Below the pieces are notes generated by a model. The model was not told the DNA's origin. It saw only the letters and a list, made by a program, of their open reading frames with translations, and searched no databases. A stretch of DNA of 27,550 bases from Nitrospirota bacterium (lineage in GTDB: Bacteria; Nitrospirota; Thermodesulfovibrionia; Thermodesulfovibrionales; SM23-35), in the NCBI GenBank assembly GCA_040757315.1, contig JBFLXP010000001.1, forward strand, positions 1-27,550. The letters are read 5' to 3'. The translations under genes and the position numbers were made by a program. This document shows positions 7,506-17,341 of the stretch, one piece after another. Numbering within the stretch: position 1 is the stretch's first letter; every line of letters starts with the position of its first letter.

Positions 7506-9140
7506 ATGCTGAGGGAACTCAGGATTAGGAACCTGGCCATTATCGATGATCTCACGGTGAGCTTCGGAAAGGGATTAAACGTCTTGACGGGAGAGACAGG
7601 GGCCGGCAAGTCCATCATTGTCGACTCTCTCGGCCTCGCCCTCGGGAGCAGAGCTCAGTCGGATCTCGTGAGGTCGGGTGAAAAGGAGGCCGTGGTGCAG
7701 GCATATTTCGAGATAAGCGATTACAGGCCTCCCTCCGACATCGACATGAACCTCTCGGACGAGCTCATCTTGAGAAGATCCGTATCTGCTTCCGGTAGAA
7801 GCAGGGCCTTTGTGAACGACACCATGGTCAGCCTGCAAAGCCTCGCCGAGATCGGTAAATGCCTGGTTGATATTCATGGGCAGCACGAGCATCAGAGTCT
7901 TCTTTCCGTCGACAGGCACAGAGACTTCCTGGACTCGTTTGGAAAGCTCACCGAAGAGTGCCGGAAGGTTCAATCGCTCTATGAGGAAGTCCATACGCTT
8001 CGGACCGAAGAAGGCGCTCTGAAGCAAAAGGTGAGGGAGAGGGCGCAAAGACTCGACCTCCTCAGATTTCAGATAAACGAGATTGACAGCGCGCAGGTGA
8101 AGGACGGCGAAAAAGAGAAATTGATCGGAGAGCGGACCATAGCCGCCAACGTGAGCCGGCTGAATGAACTTGCCGGCACCGCGTATAGTCTGGTCTACGG
8201 CTCCGAAGGCTCGTGCATCGAAGCCCTTTCCTTGCTGATAACAAAAGTGAAGGAAATGGCTGCAATCGACCCGAGTGCCTCTGAAATCCTGCAGGCGCTC
8301 GAATCAGGGCGTCCTCTTATAGAGGATGCGGCCCTGGCTCTCAGAAAACAGAAAGAGCTTTACGATGTTGATCCCGAGAGGCTTGACCGGATCGAAGAGA
8401 GGCTTGAAGTAATCAAGAAGCTCGAAAAGAAGTATGGTGGGCAGATAGACAAATACCGTCAGGACGCGGAGGCGGAACTTGAAGCTCTTGCGGCCGCCGA
8501 CGCACTGCTGGACACAGTCGAGGCGAAACTGGCGGAAAAGGAAGCTCTGCTGATTCAGGCCGCTGAAACGCTCTCTGAAAAGAGAAAAAAGGCCGCCGGA
8601 ATCATGGAAACCCTCATTAAGGCGGAATTGCGAGAACTCGCGATGCAGGATGCCGAATTCATCATAGATATAGCCAGGGCCCCACTTTCGGCTTATGGGC
8701 ATGACACGGTCGAATTTCTTTTTTCGGCAAATCCGGGGGAGGCGGCAAGACCGCTTGTAAAGATCGCTTCGGGAGGAGAGCTGTCCCGTGTGATGCTCGC
8801 AGTGAAAAGTATTCTCGCCGATTTTGACAATGCCGATGTTCTGATTTTCGATGAAGTGGATGCCGGCATCGGGGGGAAAACCGCCGAGAGCGTCGGCAGA
8901 AAACTGAGAAGACTTTCCTCTGGACGCCAGGTATTGTGCGCCACTCATCTTCCCCAGGTTGCGTCGATGGGAGACGTTCATCTGCAGATCGAGAAGCGTC
9001 ACAGGAGCAACAGGGTATATGTGGAGGTCCGGGGGATTTCGGGAGAGGAGCGCGAGCGGGAGATAGCGCGTATGCTGAGCGGCACCGTCACGGAGGTATC
9101 CATCAGGCATGCCCGGCATCTGCTCGAAGAAGGGAGATGA
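7506..9140 (+). CDS. recN: DNA repair protein RecN
   Basis: LTGETGAGKS Walker A, DIHGQHEHQ, ASGGELSR, IFDEVDAGIGG, CATHLPQVA. Confidence 0.96.
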   Translation: MLRELRIRNLAIIDDLTVSFGKGLNVLTGETGAGKSIIVDSLGLALGSRAQSDLVRSGEKEAVVQAYFEISDYRPPSDIDMNLSDELILRRSVSASGRSRAFVNDTMVSLQSLAEIGKCLVDIHGQHEHQSLLSVDRHRDFLDSFGKLTEECRKVQSLYEEVHTLRTEEGALKQKVRERAQRLDLLRFQINEIDSAQVKDGEKEKLIGERTIAANVSRLNELAGTAYSLVYGSEGSCIEALSLLITKVKEMAAIDPSASEILQALESGRPLIEDAALALRKQKELYDVDPERLDRIEERLEVIKKLEKKYGGQIDKYRQDAEAELEALAAADALLDTVEAKLAEKEALLIQAAETLSEKRKKAAGIMETLIKAELRELAMQDAEFIIDIARAPLSAYGHDTVEFLFSANPGEAARPLVKIASGGELSRVMLAVKSILADFDNADVLIFDEVDAGIGGKTAESVGRKLRRLSSGRQVLCATHLPQVASMGDVHLQIEKRHRSNRVYVEVRGISGEEREREIARMLSGTVTEVSIRHARHLLEEGR

Positions 9141-9349
9141 AAGGCATGATCGTTATAGACAGAGAACTCTGCAAAGGCTGCGGATACTGCGTTGACGCCT
9201 GTCCGCTTGGAGTTATCGAGATCGAGGAAGAATTTAATAAGCGAGGTTTCTTTCCTGCTTCGGCGATCCGCGGCGAAAAATGCACCGGCTGCTGCATGTG
9301 CGCGGAAACGTGTCCCGAAGTTGCCATTGAGGTATATCGGGACAAATGA
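9137..9349 (+). CDS. 2x[4Fe-4S] ferredoxin, resembling the delta subunit of 2-oxoacid:ferredoxin oxidoreductases (70 aa)
   Basis: CKGCGYCVDACP and CTGCCMCAETCP motifs; ATG at 9137 overlaps the recN stop (ATGA); true start is inside the track ORF 8936..9349. Confidence 0.88.
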   Translation: MKGMIVIDRELCKGCGYCVDACPLGVIEIEEEFNKRGFFPASAIRGEKCTGCCMCAETCPEVAIEVYRDK

Positions 9350-10296
9350 ATAAGGCGCAGGCCAGGAACGCCATTGGCATGGACATCGGCGGCACAAATC
9401 TGAGAGTCGCTGTCGTTTCGGGCAGCGGCGGCGTCCTCAAGAAGATAAAGGAGCCGGTTTCCGAGGATGTTCTCGGCTCCATGATCAAAGCAGTCGAGAG
9501 TCTCGGAACCGAAGGAATTTCAGGAATAGGCATCGGCGTTGCAGGCGTGATCAACAGAGAAAACGGAAGGGTTGTGATCTCCCCAAACCTGCAGGCCGTT
9601 GAGAAGATCGGCCTGGTTTCGGAAATCAGCAGCCGGTTCGGCCTTCCCGTGCTCATCGAGAATGATGCCAATGCGGCAGCCTATGCCGAACTGTGGGCGG
9701 GAGCGGGCCGGGACTTCTCGGACTTTTTCCTTTTCACGCTCGGCACCGGCATCGGCGGTGGTATAATACATGAAAAGAAACTGCTTGACGTATCCGCAGA
9801 AGTCGGCCACATGAGCATCAGTCCCGAAGGCGAGAAATGTCACTGCGGTAATTATGGCTGCCTGGAATTATATGCATCGGCGAGGGCTATACTGTCCAAT
9901 GCCGTATCCGTCCTTGAATCCGGCAGAGAAAGTGCGTTGCGGGATTGCTGTGGCGGAAATATCTATAAATTGACGGCCGAGGATGTGTTTAGGGCGGCTC
10001 TCGAAGGAGACAATCTGGCACGGGAGTTGCTGAAAACCGCCGGCAGGCACCTTGGTATCGGCATTGCTAATGTCGTTAATCTCCTGAGTCCCGAGGCGGT
10101 TATTCTTGCGGGAGGGCTGATCGGGGCGTGGGATATTTATGTTCAGGAAGCCGTAAGGGAGGCCTCGCGCAGGGCTTTAAAAGAACTGTTTGAAGGAGTC
10201 AAGATTCTGCCCTCCTTGCTGAAAGACGATGCCGGAGTTGTCGGCGCTGCCGGACTCATGCTTGAGAAACTGAAGGAGATCTATAGTGAAGGATAA
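9346..10296 (+). CDS. ROK-family sugar kinase (probable glucokinase)
   Basis: DIGGT, ENDANAAA, TLGTGIGGG, EVGH, Zn motif CHCGNYGCLE. Confidence 0.9.
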   Translation: MNKAQARNAIGMDIGGTNLRVAVVSGSGGVLKKIKEPVSEDVLGSMIKAVESLGTEGISGIGIGVAGVINRENGRVVISPNLQAVEKIGLVSEISSRFGLPVLIENDANAAAYAELWAGAGRDFSDFFLFTLGTGIGGGIIHEKKLLDVSAEVGHMSISPEGEKCHCGNYGCLELYASARAILSNAVSVLESGRESALRDCCGGNIYKLTAEDVFRAALEGDNLARELLKTAGRHLGIGIANVVNLLSPEAVILAGGLIGAWDIYVQEAVREASRRALKELFEGVKILPSLLKDDAGVVGAAGLMLEKLKEIYSEG

Positions 10297-10891
10297 GAAA
10301 AAACTGTTATGGGAATATGTTGAGGCGATTGTTACGGCACTCATTCTCGCCCTCATCATAAGAGCTTATATTGTTCAGGCCTTCAAGATACCCTCGGGGT
10401 CGATGATCCCGACGCTTCTTATCGGAGATCACATCCTGGTCAACAAATTCATTTACGGTACGAAAATCCCCTTTACCGATAACCGCATCCTGGCGTTCAG
10501 GAAGCCGGAAAAGGGAGATATAATAGTGTTCAAGTACCCGGAGAATCCCAAGAAAGATTTCATAAAAAGGGTCATGGCAACGGACGGGGATGTGATAGAA
10601 GAGCGGAATAAAGTCGTTTATGTGAACGGCAGACCCGTTGTGGAGACCTATGTCCGGCATTTCGATCCGAATCTAAAATCGGGCATTGACCCGAGAGACA
10701 ACTTCGGTCCGATCAAGGTGCCGGAAAACAAGGTTTTTGTGATGGGCGACAATCGCGATCAGAGTTATGACAGCAGGTACTGGGGGTTCGTGGATTTGAA
10801 GCTTATTCGCGGGAAAGCGCTCTTGATCTATTGGTCGTGGAACCCTGATGACTGGGTCAGATTTAATAGAATAGGGAGGTTAGTACAATGA
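10286..10891 (+). CDS. lepB: Signal peptidase I
   Basis: IPSGSMIPTL (catalytic Ser), FIKRV (Lys), GDNRDQSYDSRYWG. Confidence 0.96.
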   Translation: MKDKKKLLWEYVEAIVTALILALIIRAYIVQAFKIPSGSMIPTLLIGDHILVNKFIYGTKIPFTDNRILAFRKPEKGDIIVFKYPENPKKDFIKRVMATDGDVIEERNKVVYVNGRPVVETYVRHFDPNLKSGIDPRDNFGPIKVPENKVFVMGDNRDQSYDSRYWGFVDLKLIRGKALLIYWSWNPDDWVRFNRIGRLVQ

Positions 10892-11235
10892 AAGTCCTGA
10901 ACAACGAGAAAGGCTTCGTTAAGTTGATTTTTGTAATTCTGCTCCTTGTATTCATGGCTTACCTCGGGTACTCATTCGGCATGCCTTATTACCGGTATTC
11001 CGCATTCAAGTCGGACGTGAGGGAGATGGCACGGATAAGTCTGGGCAACGAAGAGAGAACAAGGGCACAGATTTTGGAGAAGGCGGAAGAATACAGGATT
11101 CCTATCACGGAGGATACACTGAATGTGACCGTGACGAGTAAATCAGTCCGCGTCAGCACCGCATGGTCCGAGACTGTCGATGTCCTCGGCCTTTATCAAA
11201 AAACTCTGCGGTTTAATGTTGATATAGAGGAATGA
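10888..11235 (+). CDS. Small membrane-anchored protein, DUF4845-like
   Basis: N-terminal basic-GF-hydrophobic segment (NEKGFVKLIFVILLLVF), 115 aa, typical position downstream of lepB; family name by recall. Confidence 0.6.
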   Translation: MKVLNNEKGFVKLIFVILLLVFMAYLGYSFGMPYYRYSAFKSDVREMARISLGNEERTRAQILEKAEEYRIPITEDTLNVTVTSKSVRVSTAWSETVDVLGLYQKTLRFNVDIEE

Positions 11236-11238
11236 CCT

Positions 11239-11880
11239 GTGTTCACTGGTTTGGTCCTCGAGCTGGGTGAGATTAGATCCGTGCATAAACGGAGGGGCAG
11301 GGCGATACTGTCTCTCGGAGCCGGTGAAATCGCGACAGACGCAGCGATCGGCGACAGCATATCGGTGAACGGCGTCTGTCTTACCGTTGTGAGCAAGAAG
11401 GTGAATGAACTCTCCTTTGACCTCTCGGACGAAACATTGGCGAGGACTAATCTCGGCAGGCTCAAGGCGGGCGACTTGGTGAATCTCGAGCCGTCTCTCA
11501 CCCCCGGCTCAAAAATCGGAGGCCATTTTGTGACCGGTCACGTCGATGCCACGGCGAAGATCCGTTCCAAGGCTCCGTCAGGGGATATGTGGAAATTCGA
11601 GTTCGAAGTCTCCTCCGGCATACTCCGATATCTCGTTGAGAAGGGATCGGTCGCCGTGGACGGCATCAGTCTCACCGTTGTTGACGTGCGCAAGGACAGC
11701 TTCACGGTGGTGGTCATTCCGCATACGGCGAAAGTTACGACCCTGGGAACGAAAGGGCCGGGTGACACAGTGAACATTGAGGTGGATATTTTGGGCAAAT
11801 ATGTTGCAAAATTCTTGAACAGGGAAACGGACAAGGACGCGGCGTTCGTAAAGACCCTTATGGAGGAAGGATATATTTGA
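11239..11880 (+). CDS. ribE: Riboflavin synthase (alpha chain)
   Basis: MFTGLV N-terminus, GDSISVNGVCLTV, GGHFVTGHVD, KGSVAVDGISLTV. Confidence 0.96.
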   Translation: MFTGLVLELGEIRSVHKRRGRAILSLGAGEIATDAAIGDSISVNGVCLTVVSKKVNELSFDLSDETLARTNLGRLKAGDLVNLEPSLTPGSKIGGHFVTGHVDATAKIRSKAPSGDMWKFEFEVSSGILRYLVEKGSVAVDGISLTVVDVRKDSFTVVVIPHTAKVTTLGTKGPGDTVNIEVDILGKYVAKFLNRETDKDAAFVKTLMEEGYI

Positions 11881-11885
11881 GAAGC

Positions 11886-12007
11886 AAATTCTAAATACAA
11901 AATCCTAAATACTAAACAATACAAATTCAGATTTGGAATTGAGATTTCCGGATTTGCATATTTTTTTTTGGAATTGTTTAGAGTTTAGTAATTCGAATTT
12001 AGAATTT
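11886..12007. repeat. Imperfect inverted repeat built of 7-bp tandem units (consensus AAATnCT)
   Basis: Left arm AAATTCT AAATACA AAATCCT AAATACT AAACAAT; reverse complement of right arm AAATTCT AAATTCG AATTACT AAACTCT AAACAAT. Confidence 0.8.
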
Positions 12008-12030
12008 ATCGCGAGCATAGAGGTAAGGTT

Positions 12031-13245
12031 ATGGAAAAATACAAAATCAATACCGTAGATGAGGCCATCGAAGATATAGAAAAGGGGAAGATGGTGATCC
12101 TCGTGGATGACGAGGACAGAGAAAATGAAGGTGACTTCTGCATGGCAGCCGAAAAGGTCACGCCGGAGGCGGTCAATTTTATGGCAAAGTATGGAAGAGG
12201 TCTCATCTGCCTGTCTCTTACTCCGGAACGGGTGGAGGAGCTCAGACTGCCGATGATGACGGATGACAATACTTCGGCTTTCGGCACTGCCTTCACAGTC
12301 TCGATCGAAGCTAAGAGAGGAGTGACAACCGGCATTTCGGCAGCCGACAGGGCGAGAACGATATTGACCGCGATCGATCCGAAAACGAGGTCTGAAGACC
12401 TCGCCCGCCCGGGGCACATCTTTCCGCTTAGAGCCCGTCCCGGAGGCGTGCTCCAAAGGGCCGGCCAGACCGAAGGTTCGGTCGACCTGGCCAGGCTCGC
12501 GCGGCTTTATCCTGCCGGGGTAATTTGCGAGATCATGAGCGAGGACGGCACCATGGCCAGGGTCCCGGAGCTCACGGAGATCTCAAAAAAACATAGCATC
12601 AAGATAGTCACGATTAAAGATCTCATCAAATACAGGATGAGGACGGAGTCCTTTGTCAAAAGGCTTGCAGCCGTCAAACTCCCGACGAAATACGGCGGTG
12701 AATTCAACGTGATCGCATATACGAACGATATAGATAATGTTATTCACCTCGCCCTGGTTAAGGGACAGATCAGCCCCGGCGACGAGGTACTTGTCCGGGT
12801 GCATTCCCAGTGCCTCACCGGCGACGTCTTCGGTTCCGAACGTTGCGACTGCGGGGAACAGCTCCGCAAGGCGATGGAAATGATAAAGAAGGAGGGCAAA
12901 GGGGTCGTCCTTTATATGAAGCAGGAGGGCCGCGGAATCGGTCTGATCAATAAGCTCAGGGCCTATGAGCTCCAGGACAAGGGTCTCGATACTGTCGAGG
13001 CGAATATCAAGCTTGGCTTTAAGCCCGATCTCAGGGACTACGGAATAGGAGCGCAGATACTTGTCGACGTTGGCGTCAGGAAGATGAGACTCATGACGAA
13101 CAACCCGAAGAAGATCGTCGGGCTCGAGGGATATGGGCTGAAGGTTGTCGAAAGAGTTCCGATTGAGACCAAACCGACAGAACGAAATATTATTTATCTC
13201 AAGACAAAGAAGAAGAAGCTGGGGCATATGCTGGATAATGTGTAG
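12031..13245 (+). CDS. ribBA: Bifunctional 3,4-dihydroxy-2-butanone-4-phosphate synthase / GTP cyclohydrolase II
   Basis: [55 protein letters not shown]. Confidence 0.97.
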   Translation: MEKYKINTVDEAIEDIEKGKMVILVDDEDRENEGDFCMAAEKVTPEAVNFMAKYGRGLICLSLTPERVEELRLPMMTDDNTSAFGTAFTVSIEAKRGVTTGISAADRARTILTAIDPKTRSEDLARPGHIFPLRARPGGVLQRAGQTEGSVDLARLARLYPAGVICEIMSEDGTMARVPELTEISKKHSIKIVTIKDLIKYRMRTESFVKRLAAVKLPTKYGGEFNVIAYTNDIDNVIHLALVKGQISPGDEVLVRVHSQCLTGDVFGSERCDCGEQLRKAMEMIKKEGKGVVLYMKQEGRGIGLINKLRAYELQDKGLDTVEANIKLGFKPDLRDYGIGAQILVDVGVRKMRLMTNNPKKIVGLEGYGLKVVERVPIETKPTERNIIYLKTKKKKLGHMLDNV

Positions 13246-13257
13246 AGGGAGGATACT

Positions 13258-13719
13258 ATGAAAATGGTCGAGGGCGAGCTTCAGGCGAAGGGATTAAAGT
13301 TCGGTATTGTCATCAGCAGGTTCAACGACTTTATAACAGGAAAACTGCTCGACGGTGCAAAGGATGCTTTGCTGCGCCATGGCGCAAAGGATGAGGATAT
13401 TGATGTCGTCAGAGTTCCCGGGGCTTTCGAAATCCCTATGGTGGCGAAGAAATTGGCTCTGAAGGGAGCATACCATGCCGTTATTTGTCTTGGGACGGTC
13501 ATACGGGGCAGCACTCCTCACTTCGAGTACATAGCGGCGGAAGTTTCAAAAGGCATCGCGTCGGCTTCTATGGAAACGGGGGTACCCATAGCATTCGGAG
13601 TCATAACCTGCGATACTATCGAACAGGCTGTCGAAAGGGCCGGCTCTAAGAGCGGCAACAAGGGCTGGGATGCCGCGCTGACCGCGATCGAGATGGCCCA
13701 GTTGCTGAAAAAATTGTGA
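13258..13719 (+). CDS. ribH: 6,7-dimethyl-8-ribityllumazine synthase
   Basis: [30 protein letters not shown]. Confidence 0.97.
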   Translation: MKMVEGELQAKGLKFGIVISRFNDFITGKLLDGAKDALLRHGAKDEDIDVVRVPGAFEIPMVAKKLALKGAYHAVICLGTVIRGSTPHFEYIAAEVSKGIASASMETGVPIAFGVITCDTIEQAVERAGSKSGNKGWDAALTAIEMAQLLKKL

Positions 13720-13753
13720 GCAGTGGTCGTAAGTTATTGCTTCCCACCCGTAT

Positions 13754-14164
13754 ATGAAACGTCGTAAGGCGCGGGAATACGCACTTCAGCTCTTATTTCA
13801 GATGGATTTCACCGGAAAGCATTATGACAAGCAGGACGTCGATGAGTTCTGGTCTGATAAGAAGGAGACCGGAGAGGTCAGGGCTTTTGCGGATGAACTC
13901 GTAAAAGGAACTCTTGATAATTGCGAGGAGATTGACAGAGTGATCGAAAAGATAACGGAGAACTGGATTCTGAAGAGGATGGCCGCAGTCGACAGAAACA
14001 TTCTTCGCTTTGCTGCATATGAGATTCTTTACCGGAAAGACATTCCGTCCGCTGTCACGATAAATGAGGCGCTCGAAATAGCCAAGAAATTTTCCTCCTC
14101 GGAATCGGCCTCTTTCCTGAACGGAGTCCTGGACAAACTTGCACGGGAGGCGGGAAAGGCCTGA
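13754..14164 (+). CDS. nusB: Transcription antitermination factor NusB
   Basis: RRKAREYALQLLF, VDRNILR, INEALEIAK, FLNGVLD. Confidence 0.96.
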   Translation: MKRRKAREYALQLLFQMDFTGKHYDKQDVDEFWSDKKETGEVRAFADELVKGTLDNCEEIDRVIEKITENWILKRMAAVDRNILRFAAYEILYRKDIPSAVTINEALEIAKKFSSSESASFLNGVLDKLAREAGKA

Positions 14165-15837
14165 TGAAAAGGATACTGCCCGTTCTTCAGTCGTTCATTA
14201 TTTCCTTGTGCTGCGCCTTCCCCTCTTATGCCGATGACAATCCTCTGCAGCCGCTCCTGGATCAGACTCTATCCTATTTCAAAGCGGTTTCCGGCAGAGT
14301 CACCCATGTTGAGGACGGGAAGGCAGTGATCAATCTCGGCAGCAAAGACGGCATGAAGCGCGGCATGCGTCTTACAGTGCTGAGGGAACAGACTCCCTTC
14401 CGGCATCCTGTTACAAAGGAAGTGTTGGGCAACCTTGAATCCCTGGCGGGGAAGATGGAGATCCGGGAAGTGTCCGATGACACTGCGACTGGAAATATGT
14501 TGGAAGGCAGCGCTCGCGAAGGCGACCAGGCAAGGATATCGGCGACAAAAGTTCAGGTGCTGTTCTGCCAGTCAAACGGCGTGGACTGGCAGATAGCGGA
14601 CTCCTATCATAAAAATCTGAAGGACACGGGAAGGTTCAACCTCCTGGATACGTCTCTCGAGACAGAGGATGCAGCAAAGGCTCTCGAAGAGGCTGTGAAA
14701 CTACAGGCAGAGGTCGCTCTTCTCATTTCGGCAAAGGCGGATGAAAAGGGGACGGTCATCACGCAGAGACTTTACTGGGTTTCCGATAAGGTGAAGTTAG
14801 CGGAGGACAACCTCAGCATCGATGCCGCGTCGGCAAAAAAATTGCGGTTCGGCGATGAATTCTTCAGGATCGGCACGGAGAGCACGCTTCAGTTTGACCT
14901 TCCGCTCTCGGCGAGGTTCATTGCAGCCGGGGATGTTGACGGCGACGGCAAAGACGAGATAGTTCTCGGCACGGAGAAGGACGTCGGCATCTATGCCCCG
15001 GGCGCCGACCTGCAGCCCGCTCTTGGCGGCGTCAGGATTCAGGGTGAAGGCGGAAATGAGAATATATGGCTCGACGCTGTCGACCTGAACGGAAACGGGA
15101 GGGTTGAAATAATCGTAACTGCGAAGAAGAGCAATACCCTCACTTCTTACATCTATGAGTTGCAGGGATCGGGCTTTGTCCTTCTTCACAAGGATTCCAT
15201 TTTCCTCAGGAGGCTTGACGGCAGGTTGATAGCGCAGGCATATTCCCCTGCCGAAGGCTACAGCGGCTCCGTGTATGAGATGGTGTGGCAGGGCGCATAC
15301 AAGAAAGCTGAGGCTCTGCAACTTCCGAAGGGCGTCAATATCTATGACTTCATCTTCTATGACAATGCGCAGACGGGAAAACTGGTCGTTGCACATGATG
15401 AGGATGGATTCTTGAACGTTTACGATGCCAAGGGGCTGCGCCTCTGGAGGAGCAAGGGAACGAACGGAGGATTTCTGACGACGTTCGCGAAATCGTCGCC
15501 CACATCGATAGTGGACCGTGGCGAGTGGACCGTAAAAGACAAGCTTATTCTCAGGAACGGCGGAATCCTTACAGTGCAAAGATCCCCCCTCCTTGAGATG
15601 GTAAAGGGATTGGGATTTAAGCATTCCCGGATCAGACAGATGAAGTGGAACGGGATGTCCATGGACGAGACGTCTCTCACAGACGCGGTGAGCGGCGCCC
15701 TGCTCGATTATACCGTTTCCGGGGACAGGGTGCTCGTGCTTTCGAGCCCGCTTTTCGGCATGAGAGCAGGCAATATCGTGAAGGGCGAAAATCCGTTTGG
15801 AACAGTACTATCCGTCTTTCCGATCAAGAGGATGTAA
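14164..15837 (+). CDS. Secreted FG-GAP/VCBS repeat protein with an N-terminal FlgT C-terminal-like domain
   Basis: Signal peptide (MKRILPVLQSFIISLCCAFPSYA); GDVDGDGKDEIV and DLNGNGRVEIIV loops; VINLGSKDGMKRG...RHPVTKEVLG segment. Confidence 0.7.
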   Translation: MKRILPVLQSFIISLCCAFPSYADDNPLQPLLDQTLSYFKAVSGRVTHVEDGKAVINLGSKDGMKRGMRLTVLREQTPFRHPVTKEVLGNLESLAGKMEIREVSDDTATGNMLEGSAREGDQARISATKVQVLFCQSNGVDWQIADSYHKNLKDTGRFNLLDTSLETEDAAKALEEAVKLQAEVALLISAKADEKGTVITQRLYWVSDKVKLAEDNLSIDAASAKKLRFGDEFFRIGTESTLQFDLPLSARFIAAGDVDGDGKDEIVLGTEKDVGIYAPGADLQPALGGVRIQGEGGNENIWLDAVDLNGNGRVEIIVTAKKSNTLTSYIYELQGSGFVLLHKDSIFLRRLDGRLIAQAYSPAEGYSGSVYEMVWQGAYKKAEALQLPKGVNIYDFIFYDNAQTGKLVVAHDEDGFLNVYDAKGLRLWRSKGTNGGFLTTFAKSSPTSIVDRGEWTVKDKLILRNGGILTVQRSPLLEMVKGLGFKHSRIRQMKWNGMSMDETSLTDAVSGALLDYTVSGDRVLVLSSPLFGMRAGNIVKGENPFGTVLSVFPIKRM

Positions 15838-15840
15838 AAT

Positions 15841-16560
15841 ATGGTCGTGGCCGGGCGCATCCCGAAACATATAGGAATCATCATGGACGGCAACGGAAGA
15901 TGGGCCGAACTGCGCGGTCTTCCCAGGATAGAGGGTCACAGGCGCGGCGTCGAGAGGACTAAAGAGGTTATAGAAGTCGCTGCCGAAATAGGTTTAAGCG
16001 CCCTGACTCTTTATGCGTTCTCCATAGAAAACTGGCGCCGGCCGTCGGCTGAAGTATCAATGCTCATGAGACTTCTTGAATCGTATCTGAAGAGAGAAGT
16101 CGATAACCTTGCCAGAAAAGGGGTGGTCTTTAAGGCAATCGGAGAAATCTGGAGACTTCCCGACGACATACGGAATTTGATCAGAAACGCGGAGTCGATG
16201 ACTGCGGCCAACAAGGGAATGACTCTCGTGACCGCGCTGAGCTACAGCGGGCGCAATGAAATTGTCAGGGCTGTCAGAGATATCATCGCCGCCGGTCTGA
16301 AGCCGGAAGAACTGAACGAACAGACCTTCGAGTCTCACCTTGACACGGCGGGACTCCCCGCGCCTGATGTGATCATCCGTACGAGCGGGGAGATGCGTAT
16401 CAGCAATTTTCTGCTCTGGCAATCCGCTTATTCAGAATTCTATTTTACCGAGACGCTCTGGCCCGATTTTTCGAAAGACGAATTTCTCCTCGCCATACAG
16501 GACTACCAGCGGAGGGAGCGCAGGTTTGGCGCGGTCCCGCTGAGGACGGATGCACCTTAA
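15841..16560 (+). CDS. uppS: Undecaprenyl diphosphate synthase
   Basis: HIGIIMDGNGRWA, YAFSIENWRRP, IIRTSGEMRISNFLLWQ. Confidence 0.97.
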   Translation: MVVAGRIPKHIGIIMDGNGRWAELRGLPRIEGHRRGVERTKEVIEVAAEIGLSALTLYAFSIENWRRPSAEVSMLMRLLESYLKREVDNLARKGVVFKAIGEIWRLPDDIRNLIRNAESMTAANKGMTLVTALSYSGRNEIVRAVRDIIAAGLKPEELNEQTFESHLDTAGLPAPDVIIRTSGEMRISNFLLWQSAYSEFYFTETLWPDFSKDEFLLAIQDYQRRERRFGAVPLRTDAP

Positions 16561-17341
16561 GAGGCTCATTGTCGCAGCCATCCTGCTGCCGCTTATTTAC
16601 TCGTATGTCACGTATCTCCCCGAGGGATACTTCCTTGTTCTGATGTCTGCCGTCGCGGTTCTGGCCATGTGGGAATTCTATTCCATGTACCGAATCCACG
16701 GCCTGTTGCGGTACAGTTGCATCCTGCTCGGCACTACTCTGATCGCGGTGTCATTTACGCTTCCGGAAATTGCGACCAAAGTCCTGGCTCTGAGCATTAT
16801 GGTTGTTATGGCTTTGCGCCTCTTCGTGAAGAGAACTCCGGCTTCTTCACTTCACGATCTCGCAGGGCCGATAGTGGGACTCCTTTACATTCCTCTTTTT
16901 TTGTCGTTTCAGGGCCATCTCAGAAAAATCGGTCCCGAATGGATCATATTTCTGTATTCTACGGTTTGGGCCTCCGACTCTCTGGCTTACTATATAGGGA
17001 AAGGGCTTGGAAAGAGAAAGCTCTATCCGGAGATAAGTCCGAACAAAACAGTGGCCGGAGCCGTCGGTTCACTCCTTGGAGGCGCCGCCGGTGCTTTGCT
17101 TCTTAGAATAGTCCTCCTGCCGAACTTCGACGCGGGCCATGCCGCGATTATTGGTATAATGATCGGGATGACCGCAGTTGTGGGCGATCTGGTGGAATCC
17201 ATGTTCAAGCGTGATGCCGGAGTCAAGGATTCGGGCGCTTTGATACCCGGACACGGGGGCATACTCGACAAAATCGACGGCGCCCTGTTTGCGGGGCCGC
17301 TGCTGTATTCGATATTAAAGATCATCGGTGCGGACAGATGA
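16550..17341 (+). CDS. cdsA: Phosphatidate cytidylyltransferase
   Basis: DSLAYYIG, ISPNKT, GDLVESMFKRDAGVKDSG..IPGHGGILDKID. Confidence 0.96.
   Translation: MHLKRLIVAAILLPLIYSYVTYLPEGYFLVLMSAVAVLAMWEFYSMYRIHGLLRYSCILLGTTLIAVSFTLPEIATKVLALSIMVVMALRLFVKRTPASSLHDLAGPIVGLLYIPLFLSFQGHLRKIGPEWIIFLYSTVWASDSLAYYIGKGLGKRKLYPEISPNKTVAGAVGSLLGGAAGALLLRIVLLPNFDAGHAAIIGIMIGMTAVVGDLVESMFKRDAGVKDSGALIPGHGGILDKIDGALFAGPLLYSILKIIGADR

Noticed and set aside
8304-9119. Long antisense ORFs (also 1478..2134, 3701..4351, 12583..13227, 14797..15624, 18968..19600)
   Set aside because: Shadow frames of well-supported genes on the opposite strand, with no recognisable motifs
11881-12030. FMN riboswitch in the rib cluster
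   Set aside because: No conserved RFN motifs (AGGGCGGGG, AGTCCG, GAAGGC-type segments) seen here or before ribE
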